Source of the DNA: Mytilus trossulus
Taxonomy: Eukaryota
Direction of reading: 5' to 3'
DNA: 64,000 nucleotides
Assembly (NCBI RefSeq): GCF_036588685.1
Contig: NW_026963340.1
Coordinates: 496,001-560,000, forward strand
Position numbers and translations under genes: made by a program. Of the stretch, positions 39,686 through 53,740 are shown piece by piece. The notes under the pieces are model-generated. The model did not search any database. It was not told the origin of the DNA and was given only the letters and a program-made list of their open reading frames with translations. Numbering within the stretch: the stretch's first letter is position 1; every line of letters begins with the position of its first letter.

Positions 39686-42145
39686 CTACAGTGTTAGTTT
39701 AAAAATAATATAAAGAGATGAAATGAAATGTATTCATAGTAAGTAATTGAAGCAACAACAAACATTAAGACAATAAGTTCTTAAAATGCAGACACAATTG
39801 AATACTACGAATCAATAACATAGGAATATATCTTTAGGTTATATCCCTTGACCGAGTCAACAATCTCGTCAGCGGTTGCCTTTGTATCTTTTTTTTTTTC
39901 ATTATTAGGATTGAAATGTTAAATGCATGTTTTCTAATTTATATCGCTGTGTCTAGACATGAGATGATTTAACGCTCTAGGAAAAGAGGGACGAAAGATA
40001 CCAAAGGGACAGTCAAACTCGTAAATCTAAAACAAACTGACAACGCCATGGCTAAAAATGAACAAGACAAACTAGGAAGTTAAAAATACACATGTAGATT
40101 GTTGTCAATATATTGTTTCAAGATCTTACTTATAACTAGTCTAAAAATGTGAGAATATATTAAACAAACATTTTCAAAGAGTTGACAATTGTGATGGTAA
40201 TTGTTTTTATATTGTGTGTAGAAAAGAAGTTAAACTGTTGGAGAATTTCGGAATAATGATAGACTAATAAACACGGTCATTTTGATTTTAACAAGCCACT
40301 TTTTGTTTAAAACTTCGACGAAAGACAAGTAACCCAAACAAAACGTGTCATTAAAACAATCTTTTTTGATAAATGGCAACAGTACAATTATTTGAAGAGA
40401 AAAATATTCAAGCTGGAAAATAAAGGGAAAGATACCAAATGGAATCCCAAAGTTTAAAATGTAATGCCACCACCAAATAACAATACAAAAATCGAAATTT
40501 CATAAGACAAAAAAAAAGTTCCGACACACAACATAAAAACTTAAGATTGGGCACCGATTGTTATCTAACGTGTTTGTAAATGGCAAACAGATCCTGAGAC
40601 ACGTATTGCTGCTGATGGTAATTAAAAATCTGTGGTAAGTGTTATTCGATGATGTCACTTTCCCGGTTAAGACACTGGATGGTTAGTTACGACACTTGAA
40701 ATATATCATGGGTCTGTGGCATTATTTTCTGCAGGTTGGATGACATAGATGATTTCAACATAGTTCCTATACATTGAATTAATTTACATGAGTATACAGC
40801 TTCATATATGGCAATATGCTATATGGTTGGTTTCAATGAAATTTTGTTTGATGAAAGTAATTTGTACACTTTATGATGTGATTTACAGACTTAGTTTAGT
40901 TCTTGTTAAAGGAGGAAACAACTTGTCTCTTATTCATGTTTAAAAAGTATTTAAGTTTTATTAGAGTCTTTAAAAAAAAAGAAGTGTCACGAGTAAGTCT
41001 TTTTTCTGTCTGTTTAAAAAATAAATTGGTTTATTCATCAACCATGTAAAGAGTAAAATAACAAAATTACTTAGAAATTAACTTAAAGGAAAAATTTAAA
41101 ATGGAAAGTCTATTATCAAATAAAAAGTAAAAAGCCCAAACACATCAAACGAATGCAATCAATTGTCGCATTCGTGACCTGGTACAAACATTAAACTTTG
41201 TATAATATGGTGGCATAAACCTCGTTTTAAAGCTAGGTTGACCTCTCACTTGTACGACAGTCGCACAGAATAATCACACTCACTTCTCTTTCTAGAGCCT
41301 TATATATCTGTACATATAATCTTTACATTTAGCTTTGAAAAGAACTTAATTTGAAATCAAGATTAATTAACGGTAGAAGACATTCTGTTTGCTGGATTTA
41401 AATATATCGTCGTATAAATTAAAAGAAATAAAATACCCGTGGAAGTCTAAATTTCTCCGACCTTAATCCTGGACACCTCTATTACAGAACCTACCAATTG
41501 TTCTTATTGTGAATTTGTTCTCGTCCTCAATATGCATTAAATATTTGCAACTGGACAGGAAGTAGCCAGCAATCATTCAATCACTTGCACATTTGGAAAC
41601 TGTGAAACTAGTTATACTGAATTGTTAAAGTTTGATTTTTCAAATTAAATTGATTACAGCATTACTGAAGACATAAATTGTCAGAATACGCATTCAAATG
41701 AAATTGGTAGTGAAAATACTATCTAGAATAAAATTACATAAATAAGCTTGGCAGATAATTATTATGTAAAAAGAATTGCTTTTGAAAAATATTGGCAATG
41801 GAAAAGTACAAACGGCAACAAAGTGCATACCCTAACTTCAAGTGTCATGTCTTTTCTAAACTTTGTTTCTAATTTGTTCATTTCATAGCATTTGAATGTT
41901 GGTTTCAAGTCCAGCAATATATATTATCCAGATGCCTTATCTAAAATGTTTGTTTGTAGGATACGTCGAATTTATATAGTGTTGCGCCTTCGATCGAGAT
42001 AGATTGTTAGGACGCTTTCAACCAATTGTTTCGTTTTGGGCTTCGCTTTTATATTTATTACGCGCAACAACAAATATTTGCTAATGGTAAAAAATTATGT
42101 TGAGAGACACAATACTGTATAACACAAAACGATATATGTACGTAC

Positions 42146-42241
42146 CATGGTTTCTAAAAACCCGGCAGGTAATAACAATCACTATTACAGAAATGACTAG
42201 CAGAATTCCACACATAACAGGGATCCATATGAATATATCGG
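42146..42241 (-). CDS. Coding exon 4: transmembrane helix (ADIFIWIPVMCGILLVISVIVIVITCRVFRNH)
   Basis: tttatttAG acceptor, 96-nt phase 1-1 exon, G|GTACGT donor. About 23 hydrophobic residues followed by C-R-x-x-R. Confidence 0.8.
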
Positions 42242-44229
42242 CTAAATAAACAATGTAAATAACTAAAATACATTTTCATTATTACTTGAATCTTTTATAC
42301 AATCAAACTAATGTCTCGTTATATGTTATATCGCATACAATGAAATGAATTCAATAAATGAGTTCTTTTGAAACATCGTATCAATTTCATAGAATAATTA
42401 TATTTGGCAGAAAATACTGGGGTTCAAAACATGAAATGCTAAAGAAATATAGACTGCGAGTAAAAATCCGAAAGTGATATTTGACATCTAGTTAACATAT
42501 ATGTATAAATATTATTAGTAAGTACGTCTGAGTCAGTGACAACTCTTCAACAGATTAATCCGTCGAATCACCAGCAATGATGGTGATACATGGCTGTGTA
42601 CATAATGTATAGACAACTCGTCTAAACATCAACCCAACAATGTTAGATCTGTAAACTTGCGATCTAACATTGTTGGATTGATGTTTGTTGTATAAATACT
42701 ATTAGTTACACAGTGTGTTAGTGACCTAACAGACCTTTTCAACATCTGTCGACACCGACTAATAACACCTACAGTTTACAAGTAAAATGGAGGGGTAGTC
42801 TCAAAGTAAAATTAAAAACCCATCATAATTATCATAACGTATGTATATTCGATTTGGCTGTTATATACTGTATTGACTAAATAGTTACAGAAGATATACC
42901 AAACACAAATTAAATAAATATATTCCTCTATCATATAAAATTCTTATTAAATGTTTTAACACGACATTTCAAGTTTAATTGAGTAAAAAAACTATGCAAT
43001 CACTCCGCATTTTGATCATCTTTCTTTTCCATTGATAATAATTCGAGTCTGCCAAAGATTGTTCCGCATTACAATAACGATATAGAAAAATATGTATAAC
43101 AAGGCAGTTAAAGAATAACTAATCTGTTCATACGGGATTCTGTGTCGGGGGGAGGAGGCTCACGTTTTCTTTAAAAAAAAACCAACACACACAATTCTAA
43201 TCGCCAATTTGATAAAGAAGAAAAATTCTGGTCCGGCAGGTAACACATTTTTTTTCTACATGCAGATTTTTCTTTTCGAACGCATGATTCTTTTTAAATC
43301 TTATCTCTGACAATACAAAGGGAGTTTTTGTTTTATCCAATTAGACTAGTAAATTTCTGTCGCATGTTTTGTGCGCCTGAAACAAGTCTTGAATATGTCG
43401 GTAGTTTGTACGCCTTTTGCACAGTAGAAATTTAGGTTAATGATGTGATATTTTGACATTATGCTCAACGTATAAAAAGATAAAATGTGATTTAAAGCCT
43501 ATCATTTTCTACATACTAAATCAAAAACAACTACCTGTCATTTAGAATCTTTTTGAAAGTTGAACTATTGACAATAAAATAAATTTCAAGCAATAAAATC
43601 AGTATAGAGATCAATACTACTATTTTCATTTTCTTTTGAGACGACCCCGTACATCTTACCTGTCATAGTCGTTCTCCACTATATGTGTAGACAATTGTTG
43701 AAAATGTCTTTTACGATATACTGTATACAGGTCCAGTAAATTTCATATATAATTTACTAACCCCATATAGAATGAACTGACCCCATATAGAAGTTACTGA
43801 CCCCGTATATATCGTATTAGATCAATAGAACACTAAGGAAGGAATTATCTGACCGGTTATCTTTATTTGTTAAATCTATACTACACTTGACTCATTTGCA
43901 ATCATACCACATCATCTTATTTTTATATAAAAGTGCTCAAGAGTTTAATAACCTCTCCCATTGGTCTGCACGATAAAAACTAATGTTAACAATGACAATT
44001 TAATATCAACAACCTTGAAATAACAATAGTTAGCCGAACTTTCAACACACTTAAAAATTCAAATAGTGCCAAAGTCGTAATTCTACTACTTACCGTATAT
44101 TGAAATAAGCCCTGTCTCCCTACTAACTCATATGAAATAAACACGGTCTCCACGACGCTTTTAACAAATCATTTTGCTAGAAAATTAAGGGAGGTAAGCA
44201 TGGTAAGATAAACTATCTTATTAACTTAC

Positions 44230-44316
44230 CACTAGAACTGTTGTTTCCATTTTGGTCGCTGTTGTCTTCTTTATCTTGATTAAACACTTTGACATCATAT
44301 TCAAAAAAGTCCCATG
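44230..44316 (-). CDS. Coding exon 3: polar stalk (AWDFFEYDVKVFNQDKEDNSDQNGNNSSS)
   Basis: gcttacAG acceptor, 87-nt open phase 1-1 exon, G|GTAAGT donor. Confidence 0.75.
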
Positions 44317-45139
44317 CTGTAAGCATATATTAAAATGATATTTAATAAAAATCGTATTAAATTTTTAAATAAGATATTAAAAACCGCTTGTATCAAACCA
44401 AACATTGATAAACTTTTCTAAATTTCTATCACTAAACTTATTTCTTAATAACAGTGATGACGGTGTTTCGGTTAAATAATTATAACTATAACCCCCCCCC
44501 CCCCCCCCCAAAAAAAAAAAAAAAAAAATAATAATATTACAGTATCCAGGTACCATTCGGCAAATAGGACAAACTGACACATCTGTTCTTATTCTGTACA
44601 ATTAAAAAATTGATATACATGCACCCTGCCATGCGAATTCCCACTGAATCAAAATGTCACAATTTGGATTTGAACACGATCGGTAATAATACAGATAAGA
44701 TCACTATACTGGTATTTAATATCTAAGACCACAAAAACATGTCGCTAGTGAGTTCAAACACCGCGGCATCGCATTGGGCAACATATATTTCTGATATAAC
44801 TGTTGTGTAAATTTTAGTCATGCTGACTCATTTTACCCTGTCGTAGCCGTTTTGACGTAAAGAGCACATCCCCGTTAATGAAATTCAAAACGAGAGAACA
44901 AAAAAAACGACCATACACAAGTATTTGTACCTGGGTTTTTTTCTTCTCCATTTTGTTTAGAAAAGCTATGTTAAATGAGGTTATGTACATTTAGTCGATC
45001 TTCAAACTGAGCACAGATAATAGTTGTGTAAAGTGCAGCTACAGACTTCTCAAAGGTTTTGATATTCCAGAAAATTGTAAAAAGTGTAAATGAGGATTTT
45101 TGAGTAGATCTTTAGGTAATCTCCTCTTAGATACAAAGA

Positions 45140-45520
45140 TAAAAAGTTTGTACGTCAGACATGCGTTTCGTTAACGAAAATACCATCAGTGCCTCTCGAA
45201 TTAAAAACGTTTAAAAGGAATAGTAAGGTACATAGATAAAGAGCATTGATGACCGCACATTACGAAGGGGGTTTGAAATACTATAAGTTTCTGTTAATAT
45301 CAACTGATTTCTTGGCTGGTTATACTATCGGATGGACATCTCCATCATCAGTACTAGTGGCATCAATCCAGTGGTTGTTAATGAATTCATCATACAAACC
45401 AGGAGTCACATTTTGTACGCAAGACGGGCGTGTTTCTTCTACAAAAGAATATCAGTGACGCTCGAATAATTAAAGGTTAAAAAGGTCTAGAATGTACGAA
45501 GTCGAAAAGCATTGAGGTAA
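45140..45520 (-). mobile_element. Decayed retrozyme relic with two broken hammerheads
   Basis: Minus strand: CUGAUGG..GAAAcgcaugUCugacgu (~45151-45195) and gcgucaCUGAUAU..GAAAcacgcccgUCuugcgu (~45416-45461). Confidence 0.6.
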
Positions 45521-46097
45521 AATAAAATGCTCTTCGGATGCATAAAACCTATCAGGTGTTGCTTTTATTTGCAAGTAAAAGATTTGTAATTTGCATCGTT
45601 TTCCTGTTAAATCTGGGGGTCTTTTTACAATTTCACAGTATAATAAGATATATTACGGATTACAAATGTGTCGAGGTTTGTGATTGTATAACAACACGAA
45701 GATGTCAGTATATATTCGGGAAACTGACGGGGTATATACGACGTTTATATCACCAATTGGAACCTCAAAAACGTTATCATAACACTGGTTACTATGTGAC
45801 GTAGTCAAAAGCTATAGGGACTGTCAGAGGCTCACAGAGGGAAAATAATGACGTGCGTCAGTCAATTATACATTTTTATACAAAATCACGCAATTTACAC
45901 TTTTAATACTTAAATTTAATGCTGAAAGTGTTATTATAAATTATTTCATACACGATAAAATTATGTTCACAGCAAATTAGAAAATCCTTCACGTAAGCCG
46001 AACATATCAGGTTGGGTTTTTCAACATATATGTGTTGTCAACAATACTTGCTCTGGAAAATAACATTAAGTCAGGGGTAATCCGTAATATATGTGTA

Positions 46098-46228
46098 ATT
46101 CAGGTCTCAGACAGGGTATATACTGTGACATTCCCGGCTTAGGTCTTATATCCCCTTCGCCTTCGGCTCAGGGGATATAAACTCTAAGCCGGGAATGTCA
46201 CAGTATATACCCTGTCTGAGACCTGAAT
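46098..46228. mobile_element. Long terminal hairpin of a non-autonomous element (45-bp perfect arms)
   Basis: attcaggtctc...cccggcttag / ctaagccggg...gagacctgaat; inner ttatatcccct/aggggatataa; loop tcgccttcggctc. Confidence 0.8.
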
Positions 46229-46322
46229 AACATATAATATATATATCCATATATCAAAAATATATATAAATACCTGTACCACTAAAGATAAAGATAAATT
46301 GTGAGCATGAAAAAAACATTAC

Positions 46323-46718
46323 CTTTTCCATTAAACTTGAGAGAAATAACTGCTTTCGTTATGCTACCAGTCTCATTGTTACAAAATCTCATTTGGCATC
46401 CTAGTATTACATGTAGCTCATTATATTGAAATTCATGTTCAAATTTATAGATGTAAACATTATCACTGGGAAAACATTGGCAGTTGTCTGTAGTGCATTC
46501 CTCAATTTTGCTGTTATAACATTTGTTGTTATTGAAAGAAATGTGTTCAATAGTTTGTCCATTGAAAATGAATTCAGCACCGTTTCCAAAACTTTGTCTT
46601 GAAGACGAACAATTTACTTCAATAATTCCAAATTCACTATTATTCAGTCGGTTTGCATTCTGCAACATTGACCTTAGAAAAACGTTTGCATTCAGCATGA
46701 TTGATCTTGGAAAAAAGT
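46323..46718 (-). CDS. Coding exon 2: Cys-rich, possibly Ig-like extracellular domain (DFFPRSIMLNANVF...VNCSS...CYNSKIEECTTDNCQC...GCQMRFCN...KFNGK)
   Basis: Acceptor tctttcttacAG, 396-nt open phase 1-1 exon, donor AAAG|GTAATG. Seven Cys and N-glycosylation sequons. Overlaps ORF 46282..46698. Confidence 0.85.
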
Positions 46719-48208
46719 CTGTAAGAAAGAGAAAATGAAAATTTCAACATTAACCAAATGCATTGGAAACGCATCACAACAACCAATTCAAAATTCAATC
46801 GTCCAGGTAATTTTGGAGACTGTAAGATGGATATCAATTGACCAGTGTATAATCTATAATAAAAATTACCCTCCCTGAAAATACGGAAAACTTGACCTCA
46901 GCAATGTTTGTCCTTTTTAAGAAAGGATTCCTATAATTATTGATTTACAAGAAAACGTTTGGTAAAATCTTTTATTCCAAAAATTTGAAACTTAAACTAA
47001 ATCACCACCTAATTATAATAGTTTCCTTTGATAAAAACAATAAATGGGTAAGGTATAAGATTTTTGTGAAAATAATGTTTAATGTGAGTTTCTTCATCCA
47101 GTACCAACTTCAATCTATTTTTCACTGGCAATAATTCTCACTAAAAAGTGCCAATTATAATTATATATATTTAGCTAGATCCTTTAAGATCGAGAAAGAA
47201 AAATACCAACAAAATCGATTGGTATGCAGCAGGTACAGCATCACTGTTGGTGTTGCTCTGTGCGTCTTCCTCTTGCAAATAAAGTATTTTTAAAGCCTAC
47301 TTCAAACGGACCTAATTCCAATAATAACATTAAATGCGAATAAATTGAGAAGACTGCACACATTACAGTATAAGTACAAATTGTAAGTGGACCTTATCCC
47401 ATTAGTTGTAAAAAAAAAAAGCAAAAATTTAAAAACAGAAAATTAATGTTTCTTTCCTCATCAAATATGAAAGTTTGAGCAGCTTTAATATGTCATCCTT
47501 GGTGAATCAGCAGAAATTGTAATCTTAAGATCAAAGGTTAAGGTCATTGATCAAATTTTGAAATTTGATTGTTATCGAATCAAGTCATCAACTGCTAAGT
47601 TATCGGAATCATTAAAAATTATTTGTTCGAAATGATGTTACGTCAATACAGATTATGGTTGAAAAGTGTTTTCACTTATAAGTTAAATTCAGGAAATAAA
47701 TATACGTCATCAAGGACCAGACATCTGGGGAGGGCTTTCTGTATATCACTAAGTCCTATGCTCTTTTTATTGGAAGATAATGTTTGTAATAAGTTTTTTT
47801 TAACAGATCATGATAAAAACTAAGCTTTCACAAATATGGAAATCAAATACAGGGTGCTCTTAGTTTTTTACCACAGGATTTAAAAGTAGTCAGGTCAGTA
47901 GAAATCTAGTACAAACTATAGTGCTTGTAAACAAAGCCATGCGAATTGCCCTCAAATTCCACATGACCTAATGTTTGGTTTACTGTAAAAGATGGCTATG
48001 CAATCACTGTTTGTCGATAAACAGGATTAATGTGGAGTGTTTGCCATTAACAGATTTTTGACTTTACAAGAAATAAAAACACCGATTTAGTAAAATAAAA
48101 CATAATTGTTTTTAGCATTATTATATAAAACTGCTTAAAAGGCATTTCAAAAGTCATTTTAGGGTATTTCTAAGGTATATTTTGTATACTAGGCAAAATC
48201 TAACTTAA

Positions 48209-48801
48209 GGTGGTATGGGAGTCTAAAATAAAAATGATAGAATTTGTTCATACTTTGTCAAGGTGTAGTATCTATTGATACATGTTCAAAAATGTAATAA
48301 AAATGATAGGTCACCGTGCATTTTCTCAAGCTAAAGGTTGTGACAAAATGACAAATTTTGTATGGATTGTACAGGAAAAGCCACCATTTTGTGAATAGAT
48401 ACTAAACAAAATGATAGAATTGTATAATAAATTAGGAAAAGATAGCTTTCAGACAATGCTTTTAGAATATTAAAAGAAAAGATAAGGTCACCGTACGTTT
48501 TTTCCGGCTAAAAGACAAAAGAGGAAAATTTCATGTAGAGTCCTTCAGAAAATGCACTGTTTTAGAGTTACCTCCCCTTAATATGCCAATTTAAAAATAT
48601 TAAAAAAAAACAACCAAAAATATTCTACACTTGTAAAAATTTAATATTTCCAAGTTATATTCTTATAAATTGGTTCTTTTAAATGAAATTTCACATTAAA
48701 TATTGTGTTCCTGCATGAAATTTTGCTAATTTGATAGAAAATATGGACCTTAGATTCTCTGTTTTTTACAATCCAAGATGGCGAAAGACACCCATACCAC
48801 C
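48209..48801. mobile_element. Kolobok-like MITE, TTAA TSD
   Basis: TTAA|GGTGGTATGGGAGTCT ... AGACACCCATACCACC|TTAA, TIR 15/16. Confidence 0.85.
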
Positions 48802-48976
48802 TTAAAGCACATCAACCATTTGGTTCTAAGATTTACTTACAATACTGGTCAAAGCAAAAACAGAAAACAAGGCATATCCATTGAGCATATTATTTTACCT
48901 TTTTCTTTTAATAACAGTCAATGTGCAGTTTAATATACAAACTACACATTTACCACAGTATGGGCTATTGATAAAG

Positions 48977-49530
48977 GAGTAAGTTTGGTAAGAGCTATAT
49001 TTGGCCCCGATTATAAAGTTCAATGTTACAAGACAAAAAAATGTTTTAAGTTGACCTAAAGACATGTGAGAAAGCTAAATTGAACTATCATTGTCAAAGT
49101 TTAATTCTAACACGTCGATTTTTATATTCCAAAAGGGTCAAGTTAAGAGATTTTGCTGAAATTTGACAAAATCGACTTGATTTCAACCCAGTTTAGGACC
49201 AGGAAACATAGAGTGCAGGCGTCGACAAACTAAATATTTACATAAATTTCTTAACACGCTTTCTTTCTAAAGATCTTTGTTGTCGACGTATGCGTTCGAT
49301 GATTCCTGTCCAGTAATCTATGGAAATCTACCTGTTTTCATTGATTTTTTCGTGGAAAATCAATATGAGTACAACTTGTGACGTCATAATAAAATACAGG
49401 AACGGATTATCAACTAAATGGCTTATTTCCTATCAAGTCACTGTATTATCTATAATTTATTGAGATATTAGTCAATAAATCCTAATTTGAAATTTACGCT
49501 AAAAAAGGGGGGCCTTGCCGAAACTGCCTC
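48977..49530. mobile_element. Decayed MITE with GAG...CTC termini (possibly Sola-like)
   Basis: gagtaagtttggtaag versus cttgccgaaactgcctc, imperfect TIR. Confidence 0.35.
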
Positions 49531-51599
49531 TTTTCCTTTTCCTGTACAAATCAGGCATTTATGAATCTTGTACCGAAACAAGAGCTTGAAAAGTTGCTAA
49601 ATTACGTATTTGATACAAATAATAGGAAATGATTTCGAATAGTGGTTAATTCAGTTAATTAATATACGTCATCAATGACCATTTTGGGAGAGCTTTCTGT
49701 ATAATACCGAATTGATGTGCTCTTCTGCATGGTAGAACCTTTTTGTGATAAATATTTTTTAAATAGCTGGATCAATACTAGGATTAAATTATTTATTAAT
49801 TGAATGTATTTTGAAACACCAACACTTAAAGAAACAGGCCATAATGATTAATTTCAGGTAATTTAAATTTGAGCTTTAGTTTTTATCATGTTATTATACA
49901 CCAAATGTATCTATTGATGAATTTTACTCTCATTTACAGTATAAGTAATAAGATAGACAAATGTATCATATGTCCCGGGTAATACATGTGACGCCGGCTC
50001 TGTTACATTTCAACAGCACCAGAGATCACTCCTATTGATAAGTGAGGGTCGTGTTGCTCAGTTTTTTGTTTTTCATGTTTTATTTATTATGTATAATTGT
50101 TTGTCTGTTGTTTTTAGCCCAGGGATTGTCGTTTATTTTCGACTTTTAAGTTTGAATGTTCCTTTGGTATCTTCCGCTTCTCCATTTTCAAGGTTTTAGC
50201 TGAATTCCTACCATTTGAAATTAATTGCCTTACAGTATTATTAATGCCTGCACTTTAAGATTAATGCATTAATTTCACATACTATCGACACAAAAACAGA
50301 TAGTAAATCGCTATGGATACTGGCGTAAACTTTCGTTTTATTTTGTTGTCTTTTTTTAGAAGAAGAGCACACTACGTTCACGGAAATTTGCAAATGATGA
50401 TGCAGTTAATTTGTTGTACTTTTTCTTTTGATAGAAAATATATTGAGATTTAATCACACTACATTCTTTTTTTATATGAAGATTTTTGAATTAGTTCAAA
50501 AACATTAAAACACCAATTTGGTTTATCAGGTGAATACCACAAAATTTTCTTCAGGATTATCTGCAATGTGAATTTATCCATTTTGGTGATGTAATAGTGC
50601 GGTGAACCGATTTCCGTATTTTATGTAACAATAGCGTGAACAGATTTTCGTATTATAATTTCCTAATGTGTTTTTAATAAAAGAATTATTACAACATAAG
50701 TTTAAAACGTTACAATATAGCTTTTTTAGTATTCAGCCCATATTGCTTTTGAAAAAGTGATAGAATTTTGCACAACCATAGTGTACAAAAAACAATTCAG
50801 TGACCTATATATATGTTATTATATTTTCTAAAAGAGCTTTATTTACTTTTAACAAGTTTTTAAAAATCTAAAAAGGTTTGCTCAAACTCCCATTTACCAT
50901 TCAATTACATTCTTTATAGTATTATGGATCATAATTCAAATGATGAAATGTTATATATGGATTTAATTCCGATTTCTATTCGGAAAAGGGGAAACGGACA
51001 AGCAAAACAGTATATGGCTGTGTCGAAAACTAGGAATAACTCACAGACACGTTAATATGTCCACCTAAGTAATCAATTATAGGTTGCACTTTGTAAATAC
51101 AGCTGTTTCACAAGCCAGGCCTCTTTTGGGGAGATATATAATATTCATAGATATGTTAATTTGTTAACGTACTGGTTCCCAGATATGATCGATGTATTTC
51201 ATCTCATATAGACATAATTTGGGAATGTTACCAGTATAGAAAAACATGATAGCTCCTACAATCTAGGGTTAAGGAGGTCCTAAAGTAGAGGTGGGGTGGT
51301 ATTTATAAGTTTTAACTCTTAGAAGTTCAGGCCATATCAATGTTAAATATATAACGCACAGACCCATATTTTGACCTTTGAATTAAAAAGTAGAATTAGT
51401 GCATATCACCTTTCCGTTCTGGGATATAATTTTTCACGAAACTTCATAGTAAAGTGGCACAGATAAAGCCGCAAATGGAGTTCCTATTGGAAATTGCATT
51501 GTCTATATTTACAGAATTGCGACCTATATCATTGGCAGTCTTTCTGTATTAAAATCGATATACCTCACGGAATAATGTGAACTCATATCCAGAACTAGT

Positions 51600-51835
51600 A
51601 GACTCTGTGGCTGAGTGGTCTTAGAAGATCATTTACTCCGATCACTAGCCTGTCAATACCGAGTTGCTGTTGTGTTCGTTCAGACCTTTGTTGACTACGA
51701 ATGCCAAAATTTCTTACCAAAAATCGGTGGTTTCTGTCGGGACAACAAGCCTTTCTCCTCAAATAAAAATCTGATATTCCAAATATTCCAAATATACTCA
51801 AAAGAAATGAAAACGGCTTTAAATTACCATCATTC
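51600..51835 (+). mobile_element. Old tRNA-derived SINE (V/Meta-like central domain)
   Basis: A box gtggctgagtggt; ggtggtttct..cggg......tttctcc...aataaaa.ctga central motif. Confidence 0.45.
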
Positions 51836-52025
51836 TGAAGATGAACCCATCAACATTTTGGTTTTCTGATTTGAAAAAGGATAAATGAATTTAACACTTG
51901 ATCCTTAGTTTACATGATTTACACCAGAGACTATATGTAAGGGTGTGTGATAACAAATTATATCACTGTCTTTGACATCATATGGACAACTTGATCGTTG
52001 TCAATAATTTTAACGAATCCGAGTA

Positions 52026-52434
52026 CACAGCTTCTTTTGCATAGGTACTATGTCTGTACCAAAAATCGGTTGTACTGGAAATCTACTTCTTATATTCAGT
52101 ACTATTTTGTTACTCTAAAATTCTTGTAATATTTAGGTACTTGATTTGTACTTGAAAATTTAAGAACTTCATATTTTTGGTTACAACGTTACATTTTCAG
52201 CATTTTGATAGTATGTCTATTTCAAATCTCTTAAAATTATGATTTTCAAACATGGAATTTTGTGATCGCTTTTGGTATTTTTTCTGTACCAAAATTTAAA
52301 GTACAAATCAAGTACTGTAAAATACAGGTACGTAAATAGTACAATAATTTTAAAGTAAAGAAATAGTACTTAATATCAAAAGTAAATTTTCAGTACTACA
52401 GTACAAAAATAGTACCTATGCATAATTGGCTGTG
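52026..52434. mobile_element. MITE with CAC...GTG termini and TA TSD (EnSpm/CACTA-like)
   Basis: TA|CACAGC..tgcataggtacta ... tagtacctatgca..GCTGTG|TA; internal inverted gtac-rich subrepeats. Confidence 0.7.
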
Positions 52435-52695
52435 TATATCTAATAGCTATTCATATTTTCAGAGAAATTATTTCACTTCTGTTTTTTTTTTCACTTTCAT
52501 GAATATAAATTTGATAGAATGAGAGTATTCTGTATCTTTTCAACTGTTTTATTTTCTACGTGTGGATCGTAGAGATCAACTCGTTATTTTGTATAATTAT
52601 ATGGATACATTTGAGATCATTGACCTTATAGAAATAAGGATATGTTGTATGTTGATTGTTCGCAGTGTATTCTCTGAGGATTTTTAATAATATAC

Positions 52696-52774
52696 CTTTT
52701 TGAAATGATGTTTCAACCGTGCATATCATCAAAGCGTAAACTGTGAGTGGAATAACAATATGATGAATCACCAT
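52696..52774 (-). CDS. Coding exon 1 of an unannotated type I membrane protein: signal peptide MVIHHIVIPLTVYALMICTVETSFQK
   Basis: Acceptor ttttcAG before 52785, ATG at 52774, hydrophobic N-terminus, donor AAAG|GTATAT at 52696. 79 nt, phase 1, in frame with the next exon. Confidence 0.75.
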
Positions 52775-53619
52775 GACTGTGAGCCCTGAAAAATGATAAA
52801 CAAAAGACTTAATGTTACATAATTTACTTTCCTTTCAATAATGAATTGTTTGATGATTCTAATTATAGAAGATGATATATGTTTGCTAAATTCCATACTA
52901 ATTTTTATTGAATGGATAAACACACACAGAAAAGAGACATGAATACCATTTATATTTGAATATTCAAACAGATGTTAAAACAATAAAATTGGAAAAAGAA
53001 AGTTACAATCCTTAATTTTTCAAAACTTAATTTTAATATTAGTTCTTAAGATCGTTCTAATATTGTAACTTTACATCCTTGTCAAATGAAAGGTGTAAAT
53101 CGAAAGCTCACAGACATGTGTAATCCAACTACAGTCTCAATATGTTGCCTCCATTCCAATAACGTTCAGTTCGATTCTTATTGTAAAACAAGTCAGAGCT
53201 TTCCATAATCATTTTTTTCTATTCATTCCTAAAGTTTACTGAGGAAGGGGGCGTTTAAAACGTTTAACCACTTAACTCTTAAAATAAACCTGTGTCACAC
53301 CAGAATTGATATGTTGTGGTTTTATTTTGTACAAAACATGTAGTCAATATATAATGTTTTTAAGTTTGAAGGTATTTACCTCAATAGAGTGGAACGTTTC
53401 CTATTGAATTGTTTCATTTGTGCTAATCATTATCAAAATATACGTTTTATATTTGCAGGTCATTGGAGGCCGATTAGCAATTTAAATGTGTCTAATTAAT
53501 CTTTAATGTTTTTCTATGACGAATAGTTGTCTCATTGAATTGATATCCTATCTCATAATATCTGTATACTTGAGTTTAATGATCAAAATCTAAATAAAAA
53601 AAATAATGATTTTACTTAC

Positions 53620-53740
53620 CATCTGGATTATAAAACTGTTTATCTTATCCTTAATGTTCACATTTGTCGTAAAATAATGTCAATTACTAACCAGGAAAGA
53701 GTGTAAAAATAAGCATACGTCCATACACATTTCATGTACA
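53620..53740 (-). other. Candidate 5' UTR exon of the membrane-protein gene
   Basis: Strong donor GATG|GTAAGT at 53620. An in-frame stop lies upstream, so it is non-coding. The 5' boundary is uncertain. Confidence 0.35.

Noticed and set aside
43660-43720. Extra coding exon (VYRKRHFQQLSTHIVENDYD) with a good GTAAGA donor
   Set aside because: 61 nt, phase 1-2, so it would shift the frame before the TM exon. The acceptor is weak and no compensating exon was found.
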